Assembly: GCA_963521715.1 (NCBI GenBank)
Contig: CAUQVC010000001.1
Span: 6,179 to 70,178, forward strand
DNA length: 64,000 nt
From: an uncultured Candidatus Saccharibacteria bacterium
GTDB taxonomy: Bacteria > Patescibacteriota > Saccharimonadia > Saccharimonadales > Saccharimonadaceae
Direction: 5' to 3'
In this document: positions 19,401-30,407 of the stretch, piece by piece
Layout: each line of letters starts with the position of its first letter
Numbering within the stretch: the first letter of the stretch is position 1
Notes under the pieces: model-generated
The model's database searches: none
What the model saw: only the letters and a program-made list of their open reading frames with translations
What the model was told of the DNA's origin: nothing
Translations under genes and position numbers: made by a program

Positions 19401-20705
19401 ATGAGCATAGAAAGAACATCCAGTAGCCATGAATCCTTTGAGCAGTATCGGGAGAGCTATCTTACTAAGGTAGCTGAGAAGTTGTATCAAGACCCGGATC
19501 ATCCTGAAAAGGAACCAAGAAGCCGTTCAATTATCTATATACCGTATCATGGTGTTGATGAAGGTTTACAACAGGATTGTCCAGACATTATCTTTACTGA
19601 TAGTGGTGATCAAAAGGTTACTAAAGTGCTTTCTGAGACTGACGTCATCATCAACATTGCTCGTGGTGAAGAGGTTGTTGAGGCGGAGATTGGCCATCCT
19701 GACAGGAATGTCAAACTACCACCAGAGTCGGTGGCAAATACCGATATGGTGAGCGATCTGTATGTGCGGGCGATGGAATCCGGTAATACTAATGTGCAAG
19801 TTGTTCACACTGGTAGGATGAATAATAAGACGATTGCTATGGCAACGGCGATGCCAATTTTAGCTGAGAGTGCCGGGCTTAACTATGAAGAAGTGATTCA
19901 CACCTCTGATGCCAAAATACGTCAGTTAGTAGAGGAAAAACAAGTCGACCTGAACGATTTGATGCATGAAGTTGACACTGATCCAACAATGCAAGATATG
20001 CAGGTTTGTACGCGGGCGCTCCGGCGAATATACGAGGCACGCCATATTGATCCAGACACTGCCAGCTCATCTGAGTTGACTGATGCGCTATTGGATGAAT
20101 ATAAGAATTATCCGCGCATTAGTACTTCAACACTGATGAAAGAGCAGATGTTGCAGAACGTTGCTGAAAAGTTACGAAGTGAAGGTAAGAGTGAAAAAGA
20201 AATTAATGAAGTAGTTGAGAAACTGGATGAGTTCACAGATGAGGAACCCGACTCGGTTGATACGGTTACGAACTTTACGAACAGTATCCCGATGATTTTG
20301 TCTGATAAACTGATCAAAAATGGCTACAATGCTGATGAGGTTGGTGTTATGAGTACCGAACAAAAGATGGAATTGTTGGCTGATACTGAAATGACAGCAG
20401 TTATTGTAGCTGATATTGCACATATGCCACGGGTGATGTGGTTGGCTGATTATCTGATGCCAGACAACTTTAAGCTGGTATTTGTTGAGAGTAGGACGGA
20501 TCTGGATGAGGAAACGCTACAAAAATCGATGGAACGTGAAGAGCGATCATTTGGGCTTGGAAATAACTGGTTGTCAAATCAAATGGGAACTCGGAATCCA
20601 GCCAAGGTCGGTGAATTGGCGGACAACGCTTACTGGGGTAAGGACAGTATAAGTAATAAAGAAATTAACGACAAGCTTAAAAATACAACTAACTTAACCA
20701 AATAG
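19401..20705 (+). CDS. Acidic protein with DUF218/YdcF-like motifs
   Basis: DSVDTVTNF and VIVADIAHMPRV resemble the DUF218 SxxTxxNA and TSxxHMxRA motifs; start moved to ATG 19401 downstream of the promoter. Confidence 0.55.
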   Translation: MSIERTSSSHESFEQYRESYLTKVAEKLYQDPDHPEKEPRSRSIIYIPYHGVDEGLQQDCPDIIFTDSGDQKVTKVLSETDVIINIARGEEVVEAEIGHPDRNVKLPPESVANTDMVSDLYVRAMESGNTNVQVVHTGRMNNKTIAMATAMPILAESAGLNYEEVIHTSDAKIRQLVEEKQVDLNDLMHEVDTDPTMQDMQVCTRALRRIYEARHIDPDTASSSELTDALLDEYKNYPRISTSTLMKEQMLQNVAEKLRSEGKSEKEINEVVEKLDEFTDEEPDSVDTVTNFTNSIPMILSDKLIKNGYNADEVGVMSTEQKMELLADTEMTAVIVADIAHMPRVMWLADYLMPDNFKLVFVESRTDLDEETLQKSMEREERSFGLGNNWLSNQMGTRNPAKVGELADNAYWGKDSISNKEINDKLKNTTNLTK

Positions 20706-21536
20706 GTTGTTTAGCTTATCGTGCCAGTTTTCTGGTATGAATCCGGTTCTTTCAATTTTCGCTAAATTCAAGGTACTTTGTTGTGGTCGCTGAGCGGCGC
20801 TTGGTTTGTTAGCAAAATATTCAGCAGTAGAGACTGGCTGTATGTCTGAAGATGATTTACCTGATTTTTCAAAGACAATTTTGGCAATATCTGCCCAGCT
20901 GGCTGATTGACCTTCATTAGTCAGATTATACGTGCCGTATGGTGCGTTCGTTTCTAATAAATGTTTAATACCATGAGCCAAAGTATCGGTGAAGGTTAGG
21001 CGACCAATCTGGTCGTTAACAACCGAAGGCTTAATGTCGCGTGCTGCCAAGTCTTGCATGATACTGACAAAATTTCTGCCGTCACCAACTACCCACGAGG
21101 TGCGAATAATGTAGTGCTTGGCTGTTGTAGCGGCAGCTAGATCACCATCAGCTTTAGTCTTGCCATAAACGTTGAGCGGTGAAAAAGGTTCATCTTCGTT
21201 GTGGATTGGCCGAGATCCATCAAAAACATATTCCGAAGAGATATGCACTAATGTCAACCCGTGGGTTGTTGCAGCTTCTGCTAGATATCGTACAGCGCGG
21301 TGATTAACTAGGTTGATTTGCTGAAAGTTATCAGGATTTTCAGCGGCATCAACGTCAGTCCAGGCGGCGGCATTAATAATAGTCGAATTAGGTTGCCAGC
21401 TGAATGATTTGACAGCAGCCTCGTCGGTAATATCTAATTCTTGACGAGTTAGGGCTATGGCGTTCGGGAAAATAATGCGGAGGGCACGCCCTAGTTGACC
21501 ATTAGCGCCAGTGATAACTACTGTCGTGTCGTCCAT
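20694..21536 (-). CDS. rfbD: dTDP-4-dehydrorhamnose reductase (copy 2)
   Basis: TGANGQLG, NAAAWTDVDAAE, SSEYVFDG, YGKTK. Confidence 0.93.
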   Translation of the reverse strand: MDDTTVVITGANGQLGRALRIIFPNAIALTRQELDITDEAAVKSFSWQPNSTIINAAAWTDVDAAENPDNFQQINLVNHRAVRYLAEAATTHGLTLVHISSEYVFDGSRPIHNEDEPFSPLNVYGKTKADGDLAAATTAKHYIIRTSWVVGDGRNFVSIMQDLAARDIKPSVVNDQIGRLTFTDTLAHGIKHLLETNAPYGTYNLTNEGQSASWADIAKIVFEKSGKSSSDIQPVSTAEYFANKPSAAQRPQQSTLNLAKIERTGFIPENWHDKLNNLFG

Positions 21537-22105
21537 TAAACCTCCATCGGAATTACGTTTGCAAGGAGCGGGTGAGCAGCATCCTTCTCGGAAATGATTG
21601 CTTGGTCTTGGCTGATCGGCCAGTCAATACCGAGTGCCGGGTCAAACAGATTGACAAAAGTGTATTTTGCGTCTGGAGACCAGTGCGCGTCAACCAGGTA
21701 CGTGTAGGCGATATTATCATCAAGTGCTTGATAGCCGTTAGCGACACCTTTGGGTACGAAGATTGCCGTGCCAGGATTGATTTCGTGTGTGAAAACAGTG
21801 CCGAAGCTGTCGCCCTGACGCAAATCACACCACGCGCCGAATACCCGGCCGTTGGCGGTGGAGATGAACTTATTCCACGGCTCGGCGTGCAGACCGCGGG
21901 TAGCGCCGGCTTTGTCGTTGAAGCTGATGTTATTTTGCACGATGGTAAATGACGGCAGTCCCAGTGCTTCCATTTTTTTCTTTTGGTAATTTTCCTTGAA
22001 CCAGCCGCGGTTGTCGCCATGGACAGGCAGTTTTACTACAAACAGCCCAGGGATGGGGGATTCGGTGACGGTGAGTTCGTTGTAGTCGTTTGGATCGAAA
22101 TTCAT
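21536..22105 (-). CDS. rfbC: dTDP-4-dehydrorhamnose 3,5-epimerase
   Basis: HGDNRGWFKEN, RGLHAEPW, PKGVANGYQ; ATG 22105 overlaps the NUDIX stop (ATGA). Confidence 0.95.
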   Translation of the reverse strand: MNFDPNDYNELTVTESPIPGLFVVKLPVHGDNRGWFKENYQKKKMEALGLPSFTIVQNNISFNDKAGATRGLHAEPWNKFISTANGRVFGAWCDLRQGDSFGTVFTHEINPGTAIFVPKGVANGYQALDDNIAYTYLVDAHWSPDAKYTFVNLFDPALGIDWPISQDQAIISEKDAAHPLLANVIPMEV

Positions 22106-22650
22106 AGATTGTCCTTTCGCCATAGTTGATAATAATGTAGCCCTGCCAGGGTCTGACAGTCATTAATCTCGCCGTCTCGAATCAAATTATCGATCTCATC
22201 AAGTGTGAAAAACCGCATATCACTAAACATTTCATCGCTTTGCTCACGCTGGCCAGTGAAGCTTAATTCTCGGGCCAGGCAAACGGCCATTTTCTCCGTC
22301 AGTAGGCCATTGCAGACGTATGCTTCACCTAGTTTTTGCCAGGACTGAGCGATGATGCCGGTTTCTTCCTCGAGTTCGCGCTTTGAGGCTTCTAATAGAT
22401 CTTCATTGTCACCCCCACCGCCAGGTAACTCCCAACCAAAGCTTTGCGACGGATAGCGAAAACCGCGCACTAAATACAGGCGCTCTTGGTCGTCTAACAC
22501 TACAACCATGCACGAGTCTCGCGACTCCATGTAACCATAAACCCCAGTGTTTCCGTCTGGACTAACAGTTTGGTCTTCGTGTATGGTGATCCAAGGATTT
22601 TGATAGACGATTTTACTGCTGACTTTCGTTTTTGATGGCGTATCAGTCAT
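22102..22650 (-). CDS. NUDIX hydrolase (ADP-ribose pyrophosphatase-like)
   Basis: WELPGGGGDNEDLLEASKRELEEETGI Nudix box. Confidence 0.9.
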   Translation of the reverse strand: MTDTPSKTKVSSKIVYQNPWITIHEDQTVSPDGNTGVYGYMESRDSCMVVVLDDQERLYLVRGFRYPSQSFGWELPGGGGDNEDLLEASKRELEEETGIIAQSWQKLGEAYVCNGLLTEKMAVCLARELSFTGQREQSDEMFSDMRFFTLDEIDNLIRDGEINDCQTLAGLHYYQLWRKDNL

Positions 22651-22652
22651 GA

Positions 22653-23702
<1,050 letters not shown>

Positions 23703-23719
23703 CTAAAACAGGAGATGAT

Positions 23720-24712
23720 ATGAGAGCCGCAGTGGTTATTTTGAATTATAAAGGCTGGCAGGACACGAAGAAATGTTTGGCTGCTATGAAAAAGCAGACA
23801 TATGAAGATTTTGAGATATATTTGATAGACAATGGGTCGGGTGATGATTCGGTTAAAGAATTATCGAAAATCAAGATGAAGAATCTCCATTTTCATCAAG
23901 AGCCAAAAAACACTGGTTTTACTGGCGGCGTTAATATTGGTATTCGTTGGGCTATTGAACAGGGATTTGATGCGGTGGCTTTGTTGAACAATGATGCGGC
24001 TCCAGAACCAGATTGGTTGAAAAATTTGGCGGGCGCTCTTGAGCAAAAACTAGAGGTTGGTGCAGTCACTAGCTTGATGTTAGATACTACTGGCAAGTTC
24101 ATCGATGATGCAGGTGACGAATATTCTACCTGGGGTATTCCAGCGCTACGGGCGGAGCATTTGCCAAAAGACCAAGCTCCTGACAGTGGATTACTCTTTG
24201 GGGCAACCGGCGGGGCGACCTTGTATCGGACGAAAGTTTTTCAGCAAATCGGCTTTTTTGACGAGGATTTTTTCGCGTACAATGAAGACGTTGATATTTC
24301 ATGGCGTATGCAACTAGTCGGCTGGAAAGTGTGGTATGAAAAAACTGCGGTAGTTTTCCATAAACACTCAGCAACAAGCTCCAAAATCCCTGGTTTTACT
24401 ATCAATCAAGTATTCAAAAACTTGCCGCAGGTATTTTGGAAAAATGTGCCATTTCCTATGATTATACCGATGTGGTTCAAATTTACGCTCATATATTTCA
24501 TGTTCATGGTGTACCAAATACCAAAAGGTGGCTTTAAATTTGCAGTCAAAGGGTTTATACAAAGCATAGGCCTGTGGCCAAAATCACTGACTAAGCGTCG
24601 CCGTATTCAAAAGACTAAAACCGTCTCAAATACTTACATCAAATCACTGTTATACCACGGCCTTCCGTTGAGGCAGGTGAATCGCATCAAGAAAGCCTTG
24701 GGATTTCAGTGA
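23720..24712 (+). CDS. GT2 glycosyltransferase (WbbL-like)
   Basis: VILNY, DNGSGD, NTGFTGG, LLNND, FFAYNEDVD; ATG 23720 behind GGAG. Confidence 0.88.
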   Translation: MRAAVVILNYKGWQDTKKCLAAMKKQTYEDFEIYLIDNGSGDDSVKELSKIKMKNLHFHQEPKNTGFTGGVNIGIRWAIEQGFDAVALLNNDAAPEPDWLKNLAGALEQKLEVGAVTSLMLDTTGKFIDDAGDEYSTWGIPALRAEHLPKDQAPDSGLLFGATGGATLYRTKVFQQIGFFDEDFFAYNEDVDISWRMQLVGWKVWYEKTAVVFHKHSATSSKIPGFTINQVFKNLPQVFWKNVPFPMIIPMWFKFTLIYFMFMVYQIPKGGFKFAVKGFIQSIGLWPKSLTKRRRIQKTKTVSNTYIKSLLYHGLPLRQVNRIKKALGFQ

Positions 24713-24732
24713 TTAAGAGGTAAAATAGCACT

Positions 24733-26139
24733 ATGAAACGCGATTTCCTGTTTACCTCAAAAGCGTTACTCTTGTTGGCTGATGTTGCGATGGTGGTGCT
24801 GTCATTTGCGCTAGCCTATTATTACCGAACTCACCTGGACACTCGCGTGTATTACTTTGTGCCGCAAATTCGTAACTTTGTCGTGCTCATCGTCGCTTTG
24901 TTACCGCTGTGGCTGATAGTCAATGCATTGTCTGGGCTGTACAACCGAGAAATATTTTTGTCGCGCCCCAAAGAATATATGCGCGTGCTATTGACCTCTG
25001 TTATTAGTGTGATGGCGCTGATTTCCTATGAGTTTTTCACTGGTGAAGATGTGTTTCCAGTGCGAATCATTGCAGTGTACTTTGTGGTCATCAACTTTAT
25101 CTTGATGATTTTGGGTCGTGAGATTGTGAAATTGATTAATAGTGTGTTAATTCTGCGTGGCTTTGGTCGGCAAAAAGTGTTGATCGTTGGTGATAACGAA
25201 AAAACTGTTGAGCTGGCAGAGTATTTTGGCAAACATATTAATTATGGCTATGATGTCGTCGGCGTTGTGGCGGGCTATGGCGGTAAGGGAGTAGAAACCT
25301 TCAAAAACTTTAAAACTGCCGTCGAAGCAGTTCGCCCCGCCATCATCATGCAGACTGATATCACGCGGTCTCAAGAAGTCTATCACTACGCGTTGTCAAA
25401 CCATCTGACCTATATGTTCGTGCCGCAGCAAGACCGAATGGTATCCAGGATGAATAGCGTGGAGATTATCGCTGGACTGCCCATCATAGAAATTCAGGCA
25501 ACCCAGCTGTTTGGTATTGGTCGGGTGTGGAAGCGCTTGATGGATATCGTGGTCGGTAGTGTGGCGCTACTGCTACTCTCACCAATCATGTTGTTGGTTG
25601 CCATCATCATGAAACTGAGTGCGCCGCGTGAAGCCGTATTTTTCCGCCAGACCAGGCTGACACGATTTAACCGCGAATTTAGGATTTATAAGTTCCGCTC
25701 ACAGAAGTCCAAATACAACGGCACCACTCCTGAAGAAGCCTTTACGATGATGGGTCGTCCGGAGCTGATCAAGCAATACCGTGACAATGGCGATCAACTA
25801 GACAACGATCCACGCATCACTCGGTTGGGGCGATTTCTCCGGGCAACCTCGCTGGACGAATTACCACAACTGCTAAATGTCGTCAAAGGTGATATTTCAC
25901 TGGTTGGTCCACGAGCGTTGATTCCTCAGGAAATCAATCAGTACAAACGCAAAGACACCATCTTGGCAGTGAAATCCGGCTTGACTGGTCTAGCGCAGGT
26001 GTCTGGGAGGCGTGATATTAGCTTTGAGGAGCGACGTCAGCTTGATGTGTACTATGTACAGAATTGGTCGTTGTGGTTGGATATTCGTATTTTAGTGAAG
26101 ACCTTCGGGATGGTATTGTTTCAGCGGGGAGCTCGGTGA
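24733..26139 (+). CDS. Priming polyprenyl-phosphate sugar-1-phosphate transferase (WcaJ/CpsE family)
   Basis: KRLMD, FFRQTR, YKFRS, DPRITRLGRFLRATSLDELPQL, LDVYYVQNWS. Confidence 0.93.
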   Translation: MKRDFLFTSKALLLLADVAMVVLSFALAYYYRTHLDTRVYYFVPQIRNFVVLIVALLPLWLIVNALSGLYNREIFLSRPKEYMRVLLTSVISVMALISYEFFTGEDVFPVRIIAVYFVVINFILMILGREIVKLINSVLILRGFGRQKVLIVGDNEKTVELAEYFGKHINYGYDVVGVVAGYGGKGVETFKNFKTAVEAVRPAIIMQTDITRSQEVYHYALSNHLTYMFVPQQDRMVSRMNSVEIIAGLPIIEIQATQLFGIGRVWKRLMDIVVGSVALLLLSPIMLLVAIIMKLSAPREAVFFRQTRLTRFNREFRIYKFRSQKSKYNGTTPEEAFTMMGRPELIKQYRDNGDQLDNDPRITRLGRFLRATSLDELPQLLNVVKGDISLVGPRALIPQEINQYKRKDTILAVKSGLTGLAQVSGRRDISFEERRQLDVYYVQNWSLWLDIRILVKTFGMVLFQRGAR

Positions 26140-27278
26140 TGGCTTCTGAGAGTTCGGAGGCGCCGCGCGTCGCTATTGTCTGCGATTGGTTGACGACCTA
26201 TGGCGGAGCGGAAAAAGTAGTCAAATCCATCCATGAACTATTCCCTGACGCACCTATTTTCACCTCTCAGTACTCTCGCAAGCAGATAAATTGGTTTAAT
26301 GATTGCCAAGTTCATGTTGGTTGGGTGAATATCTTTCCTGCTCGCCTCAGGAAGATTTTGGCGGTACCCAGGGCGCTCTATTTCAACCGGTTACATCGTC
26401 GGTTGCGTCACTATGACATCATCATCACCGTTTGTACGGCAGAAAGTAAGGGTATCAAACTTTATCCACATCAGACAGGAATTTGCTATTTACAAGGTCC
26501 GCCGACGCAGTATTTTTGGGGGATGTATGATGACTATGTCAAAAACCCTGGCTTTGGTAAACTGAACTTCATCGTACGGTTCTTTTTTAAGCTATTGGTT
26601 GGGCCGCTGCGCAAGATTGATTGGAAATTTGCCCAGCGACCAACAGTGCTGGTCGCTAACTCGTCGTATTCGGCTGCCGAAACTAAAAAGTACTATAATC
26701 GGTCCGCTCAGGTGTTGTTTCCACCGGTGGAAGTCGATAAATTTACTATTGGTTCGACTGCTAATTCCAAAGAAGAATTTTTCATCACTACCTCTCGGCA
26801 GGTTAACTGGAAGCGTCTAGATATTGCTATCAAAGCGTGTTTGTTGTCAGGCAAGCGGCTGGTGTTGGTGGGTGATGGCGCAGAACACGGCATTTTGCAG
26901 CAGCTGGCGGGAGATAGTCCACTCATTAGATTTATCCCACGCATTGATAATCCTGAGGAGTTGAACGCCTTGGTATCCCAGGCAAAAGGATTTATTTTTC
27001 CAAGCATTGAGCCATTTGGTATTGCGCCAATTGAAGCGCTGAGCGCTGGCGTGCCGGTGATCGCTTTGAAACAAGGTGGGGCGCTGGATTATATTCACGA
27101 AGGGAAAAATGGCACGTTCTTTGACGAGCAGACAGTTGAAAGTTTGGTGGCGGCAATGCAACGATTTGACGGTATGACGTTTCATAAACAGCAGGTCTCG
27201 GCATCGGCGAAGGATTTTTCGGACGCGAGGTTTAAGCAGGAACTACAGCGGATAGTTGATGATGCAACTGGTAACTAG
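26139..27278 (+). CDS. GT4 glycosyltransferase
   Basis: DWLTTYGGAE, EPFGIAPIEALSAG; ATG overlaps the upstream stop. Confidence 0.88.
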   Translation: MASESSEAPRVAIVCDWLTTYGGAEKVVKSIHELFPDAPIFTSQYSRKQINWFNDCQVHVGWVNIFPARLRKILAVPRALYFNRLHRRLRHYDIIITVCTAESKGIKLYPHQTGICYLQGPPTQYFWGMYDDYVKNPGFGKLNFIVRFFFKLLVGPLRKIDWKFAQRPTVLVANSSYSAAETKKYYNRSAQVLFPPVEVDKFTIGSTANSKEEFFITTSRQVNWKRLDIAIKACLLSGKRLVLVGDGAEHGILQQLAGDSPLIRFIPRIDNPEELNALVSQAKGFIFPSIEPFGIAPIEALSAGVPVIALKQGGALDYIHEGKNGTFFDEQTVESLVAAMQRFDGMTFHKQQVSASAKDFSDARFKQELQRIVDDATGN

Positions 27279-28698
27279 AGTGAGACAGAGCTTGCCGTCG
27301 TGGCTAGTAGAGGCTAGCGTCACGGAGAAGCTAGTGCTATTGGCTCCCGTGGCGTTGTGGTTTTCGTATTTTCCCACCATATCTTTTGGTCGGCAAAGCG
27401 GTACGAATTTGGAACTATCAATCACCGTCATTTATGCAGTAATTTTGGCGTTGGTAGGACTGCCACAAATCTGGAGCCGTCGGCAATTTCTTTGGCGACA
27501 AAAAGCCGTCTGGTTACTAGCTATGTTTGTGGGCTGGAATCTCTTGAGCGTCATCTGGTCGGTCAATCCACTACGGTCAATTCTCGTAAGCGGCTTGTGG
27601 AGTGTGCTATTTCTCGATTTTCTGGTGATATATAGCCTGCCGTCGCTCAAGAAAATGGTTGGTCCGCTGATGAGCGTTACTGTTATGACCGCAGTAGCCA
27701 TGAGCCTATTGGCAATTGTGCAGGTTGTATACGGCGCTTGGTTTGACTGGGGCTTGTGTAATGGGTGTGTGGCGCGAGGATTTGGGTTTGTGCGACCAAG
27801 TGGATTTACTATCGAACCACAGTTTTTTGGGAGCCTGTTGATTGCGCCAATTTTACTGGTCTCTCACCGACTACTACAGAACAAAGCCACGAAATATGAC
27901 ATAGTTGCTCTCTGTTTGATGTTTGTGGCGCTATATCTCACACTAAGCCGCGGTGCACTGTATGCAGTGATGGCGGCGGTGCTAGTGCAGGTAGTACTGG
28001 TACATTGGCGTACATCGACCAACTGGCTACGGTCCTCGGCTGTGGTCGTCATGGTGCTAGCGGGGAGCTTTGTCTTTGGTATGATGTGGCACGGAGTCTT
28101 TACGCAGCTTAATCCTCGGGTAGCTGACGGGTTTTATCAATCAATCACCAAATCGATCAACCACCTGTCACTTGGAAAAATCAACTTACCAAACCTAGCG
28201 CCTCAACAACCGTCTCAAGAGAATGCCTCAGCAGCCAGCTCACAACAGGCAATACCAGCCTCCCTACCGAAAGCAGTGTTTGATGGCTATGTCGCGAAGT
28301 CGACAGAGGAGCGAACTGGTATGTCGCAACTTGCTTTGGAGGTTTGGACAAAAAACCCGATACAGTTCCTCGTTGGTGTGGGTGCGGGTGGCGCAGGACG
28401 TGCTATTTTTCAACAGTCTGGCAAGACGAGCGGCGAATTTGAAATTGTCCAAAATGAATTCTTGTCTGTGGCAGTGGAATTGGGGATTGTAGGTGTTGTA
28501 TTATTGACATCTCTACTGCTGGCTTTGTGTCGAAAAATGTCCGTCAAAAAAGCGCTGGCGTGGCCAATTATCCTGGGGTTTGTCCTCCAGTGGATGTTCT
28601 TTTCAGGTCTACCGAACGCACTCCATATTTATTTTGTTGCGATGCTTATGTTTGCTATAATAGATAGAGTTGATGAAAAAGCCGAATATATCAGTTGA
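27256..28698 (+). CDS. O-antigen ligase / Wzy-polymerase-like membrane protein
   Basis: Many TM; RPSGFTIEPQ, LTLSRG, GVGAG, QNEFLSVAVELGIVG. Confidence 0.75.
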   Translation: MMMQLVTRVRQSLPSWLVEASVTEKLVLLAPVALWFSYFPTISFGRQSGTNLELSITVIYAVILALVGLPQIWSRRQFLWRQKAVWLLAMFVGWNLLSVIWSVNPLRSILVSGLWSVLFLDFLVIYSLPSLKKMVGPLMSVTVMTAVAMSLLAIVQVVYGAWFDWGLCNGCVARGFGFVRPSGFTIEPQFFGSLLIAPILLVSHRLLQNKATKYDIVALCLMFVALYLTLSRGALYAVMAAVLVQVVLVHWRTSTNWLRSSAVVVMVLAGSFVFGMMWHGVFTQLNPRVADGFYQSITKSINHLSLGKINLPNLAPQQPSQENASAASSQQAIPASLPKAVFDGYVAKSTEERTGMSQLALEVWTKNPIQFLVGVGAGGAGRAIFQQSGKTSGEFEIVQNEFLSVAVELGIVGVVLLTSLLLALCRKMSVKKALAWPIILGFVLQWMFFSGLPNALHIYFVAMLMFAIIDRVDEKAEYIS

Positions 28699-30373
28699 TG
28701 GTTTCATTCCTGCTGGTCGACGACCAGAGCGAGTCGGGAATAAACCCGGTGCTGACGCTCCGAGGCGAGTGGGCAGACCGGTTGCTATTGATGGTATGCA
28801 GCCACGCACGCCAGTTGCTCCGCAGCATTTTCAGCAGCCACAGCAATTGCAGCGGCCATTTTCTGAAGATAATGATATACAGGCTGGTCTGCGAGAAATT
28901 GACCATCAGCCACCTCGACCAGTCCGACCAGAACCAGATAAGAAAGAGCAGAAGCGCCTCAAAGCAGAAAAGAAGCTCGAAAAGATCAATAAAAAGCGTG
29001 AGAAAAAGAACAAAAAACCGCTGTCGTTTGAGCAGTTCAAAAAGCGACGACTCATTAAGCGCACTATACTGATAATATTAATTCCACTACTGATATTTTT
29101 GGGCTTTCAGGCGTGGCGATTATACAACAATCTGTCGCGAGTTGTTGGCGGAGATATCCTTGGATTGTTCACGAAAACCCGCCTCAAACAGGATGATAAC
29201 GGCCGTACGAATGTTTTGATCTTTGGTACGTCGCCTGACGGCTGGGAGGGCGCTGATTTGGCTGATTCGATCATGGTATTGTCCTACCATCAAGACAATA
29301 AGGACGCTTACACTGTGTCTCTGCCGCGAGACCTGTATGTAAAACATACCTGTCAGTCTTGGCTGAAAACTACCGCTGGAAAGCTCAACGAGAGTTATGG
29401 TTGCGGTAAACAAGACGCCAAAGATAGTGGCAAAGATCAAGCTGCTAGTGAACAGGCTGGACAAGCAGAGATCGCTAAAACTGCGCAAGAAGTATTGGGT
29501 ATGGAAATTCACTACAAAGTGCACGCTAACTGGCGCGTGCTTACTGAGGTGGTTAATGCACTTGGTGGAATCGACGTGAAGGTTGAGGCCTACGACGGCT
29601 CATCAATGGTGTACGACGTGGCTACGAAAATTCGCTACCGCAACGGTGAGACAGTTCACATGAACGGTGAGCAGGCCTTGGCATTTAGCCGTGCCCGTGG
29701 TAGCGCGGGAGGAATTGGGTTGAGTGGCGGTAACTTTGACCGTGAGCGCAACCAGCAAAAAATCATCAAAGCCATCGTCGAAAAAGCTAAAACATCCAAT
29801 AAAGCGGACTTCAATGTCATGATGGGTATTATCGATGCGTTGGGTAATAATATTAACACCAATTTTGAGACCAAAGAGATGCAGACCATCATTGAGATTT
29901 TGAAGGAATTTAATGCAGAAAAGATTGTCTCAATACCACTGGTTGATGAGAAAAATAAGGTACAGCTACTGACAACCTCCAATATCGCAGGTGCTAGCGT
30001 GGTGGTGCCGACCGCTGGAACCTATAATTACACAGCCATCAAAAATTATGTCAAAAAACGCATCAGTCCAACAGCTGAGATGAATGAAGAAGCGAGATTG
30101 GTGATTTTGAATGGCTCTGGTATCGCGGGCGTGGCAGCCGCCGAACAGACAAAATTGACCAAACAAGAGCTAAATGTGGTCCAGGTGGGTAACTATCCAG
30201 GTGGTGTCCAAGCCAAACATACCATCTACGACCTAAGTAACGGCACGAAACCAAAGACTATCGAAAAGTTGAAGCAGACCTATGGTACTAATGTCGTGAC
30301 TACCATCCCACCGACCATTAGTAAATATAACGCCGATATCGTCATCGTCCTCGGTACAGAAAACCAGCGGTAG
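28673..30373 (+). CDS. LCP (LytR-CpsA-Psr) glycopolymer transferase with LytR_C domain
   Basis: NVLIFG, DSIMV, SLPRDL, FSRAR, DRERNQQ, ILNGSGIAGVA...DIVIVLG. Confidence 0.92.
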   Translation: MKKPNISVDGFIPAGRRPERVGNKPGADAPRRVGRPVAIDGMQPRTPVAPQHFQQPQQLQRPFSEDNDIQAGLREIDHQPPRPVRPEPDKKEQKRLKAEKKLEKINKKREKKNKKPLSFEQFKKRRLIKRTILIILIPLLIFLGFQAWRLYNNLSRVVGGDILGLFTKTRLKQDDNGRTNVLIFGTSPDGWEGADLADSIMVLSYHQDNKDAYTVSLPRDLYVKHTCQSWLKTTAGKLNESYGCGKQDAKDSGKDQAASEQAGQAEIAKTAQEVLGMEIHYKVHANWRVLTEVVNALGGIDVKVEAYDGSSMVYDVATKIRYRNGETVHMNGEQALAFSRARGSAGGIGLSGGNFDRERNQQKIIKAIVEKAKTSNKADFNVMMGIIDALGNNINTNFETKEMQTIIEILKEFNAEKIVSIPLVDEKNKVQLLTTSNIAGASVVVPTAGTYNYTAIKNYVKKRISPTAEMNEEARLVILNGSGIAGVAAAEQTKLTKQELNVVQVGNYPGGVQAKHTIYDLSNGTKPKTIEKLKQTYGTNVVTTIPPTISKYNADIVIVLGTENQR

Positions 30374-30387
30374 TAGCCGCTGGTTTT
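30360..30387. terminator. Bidirectional terminator between LCP and galE
   Basis: AAAACCAGCGG-tagtag-CCGCTGGTTTT perfect inverted repeat between convergent genes. Confidence 0.8.
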
Positions 30388-30407
30388 AGGTTAGACGCTG
30401 ATGGTTA

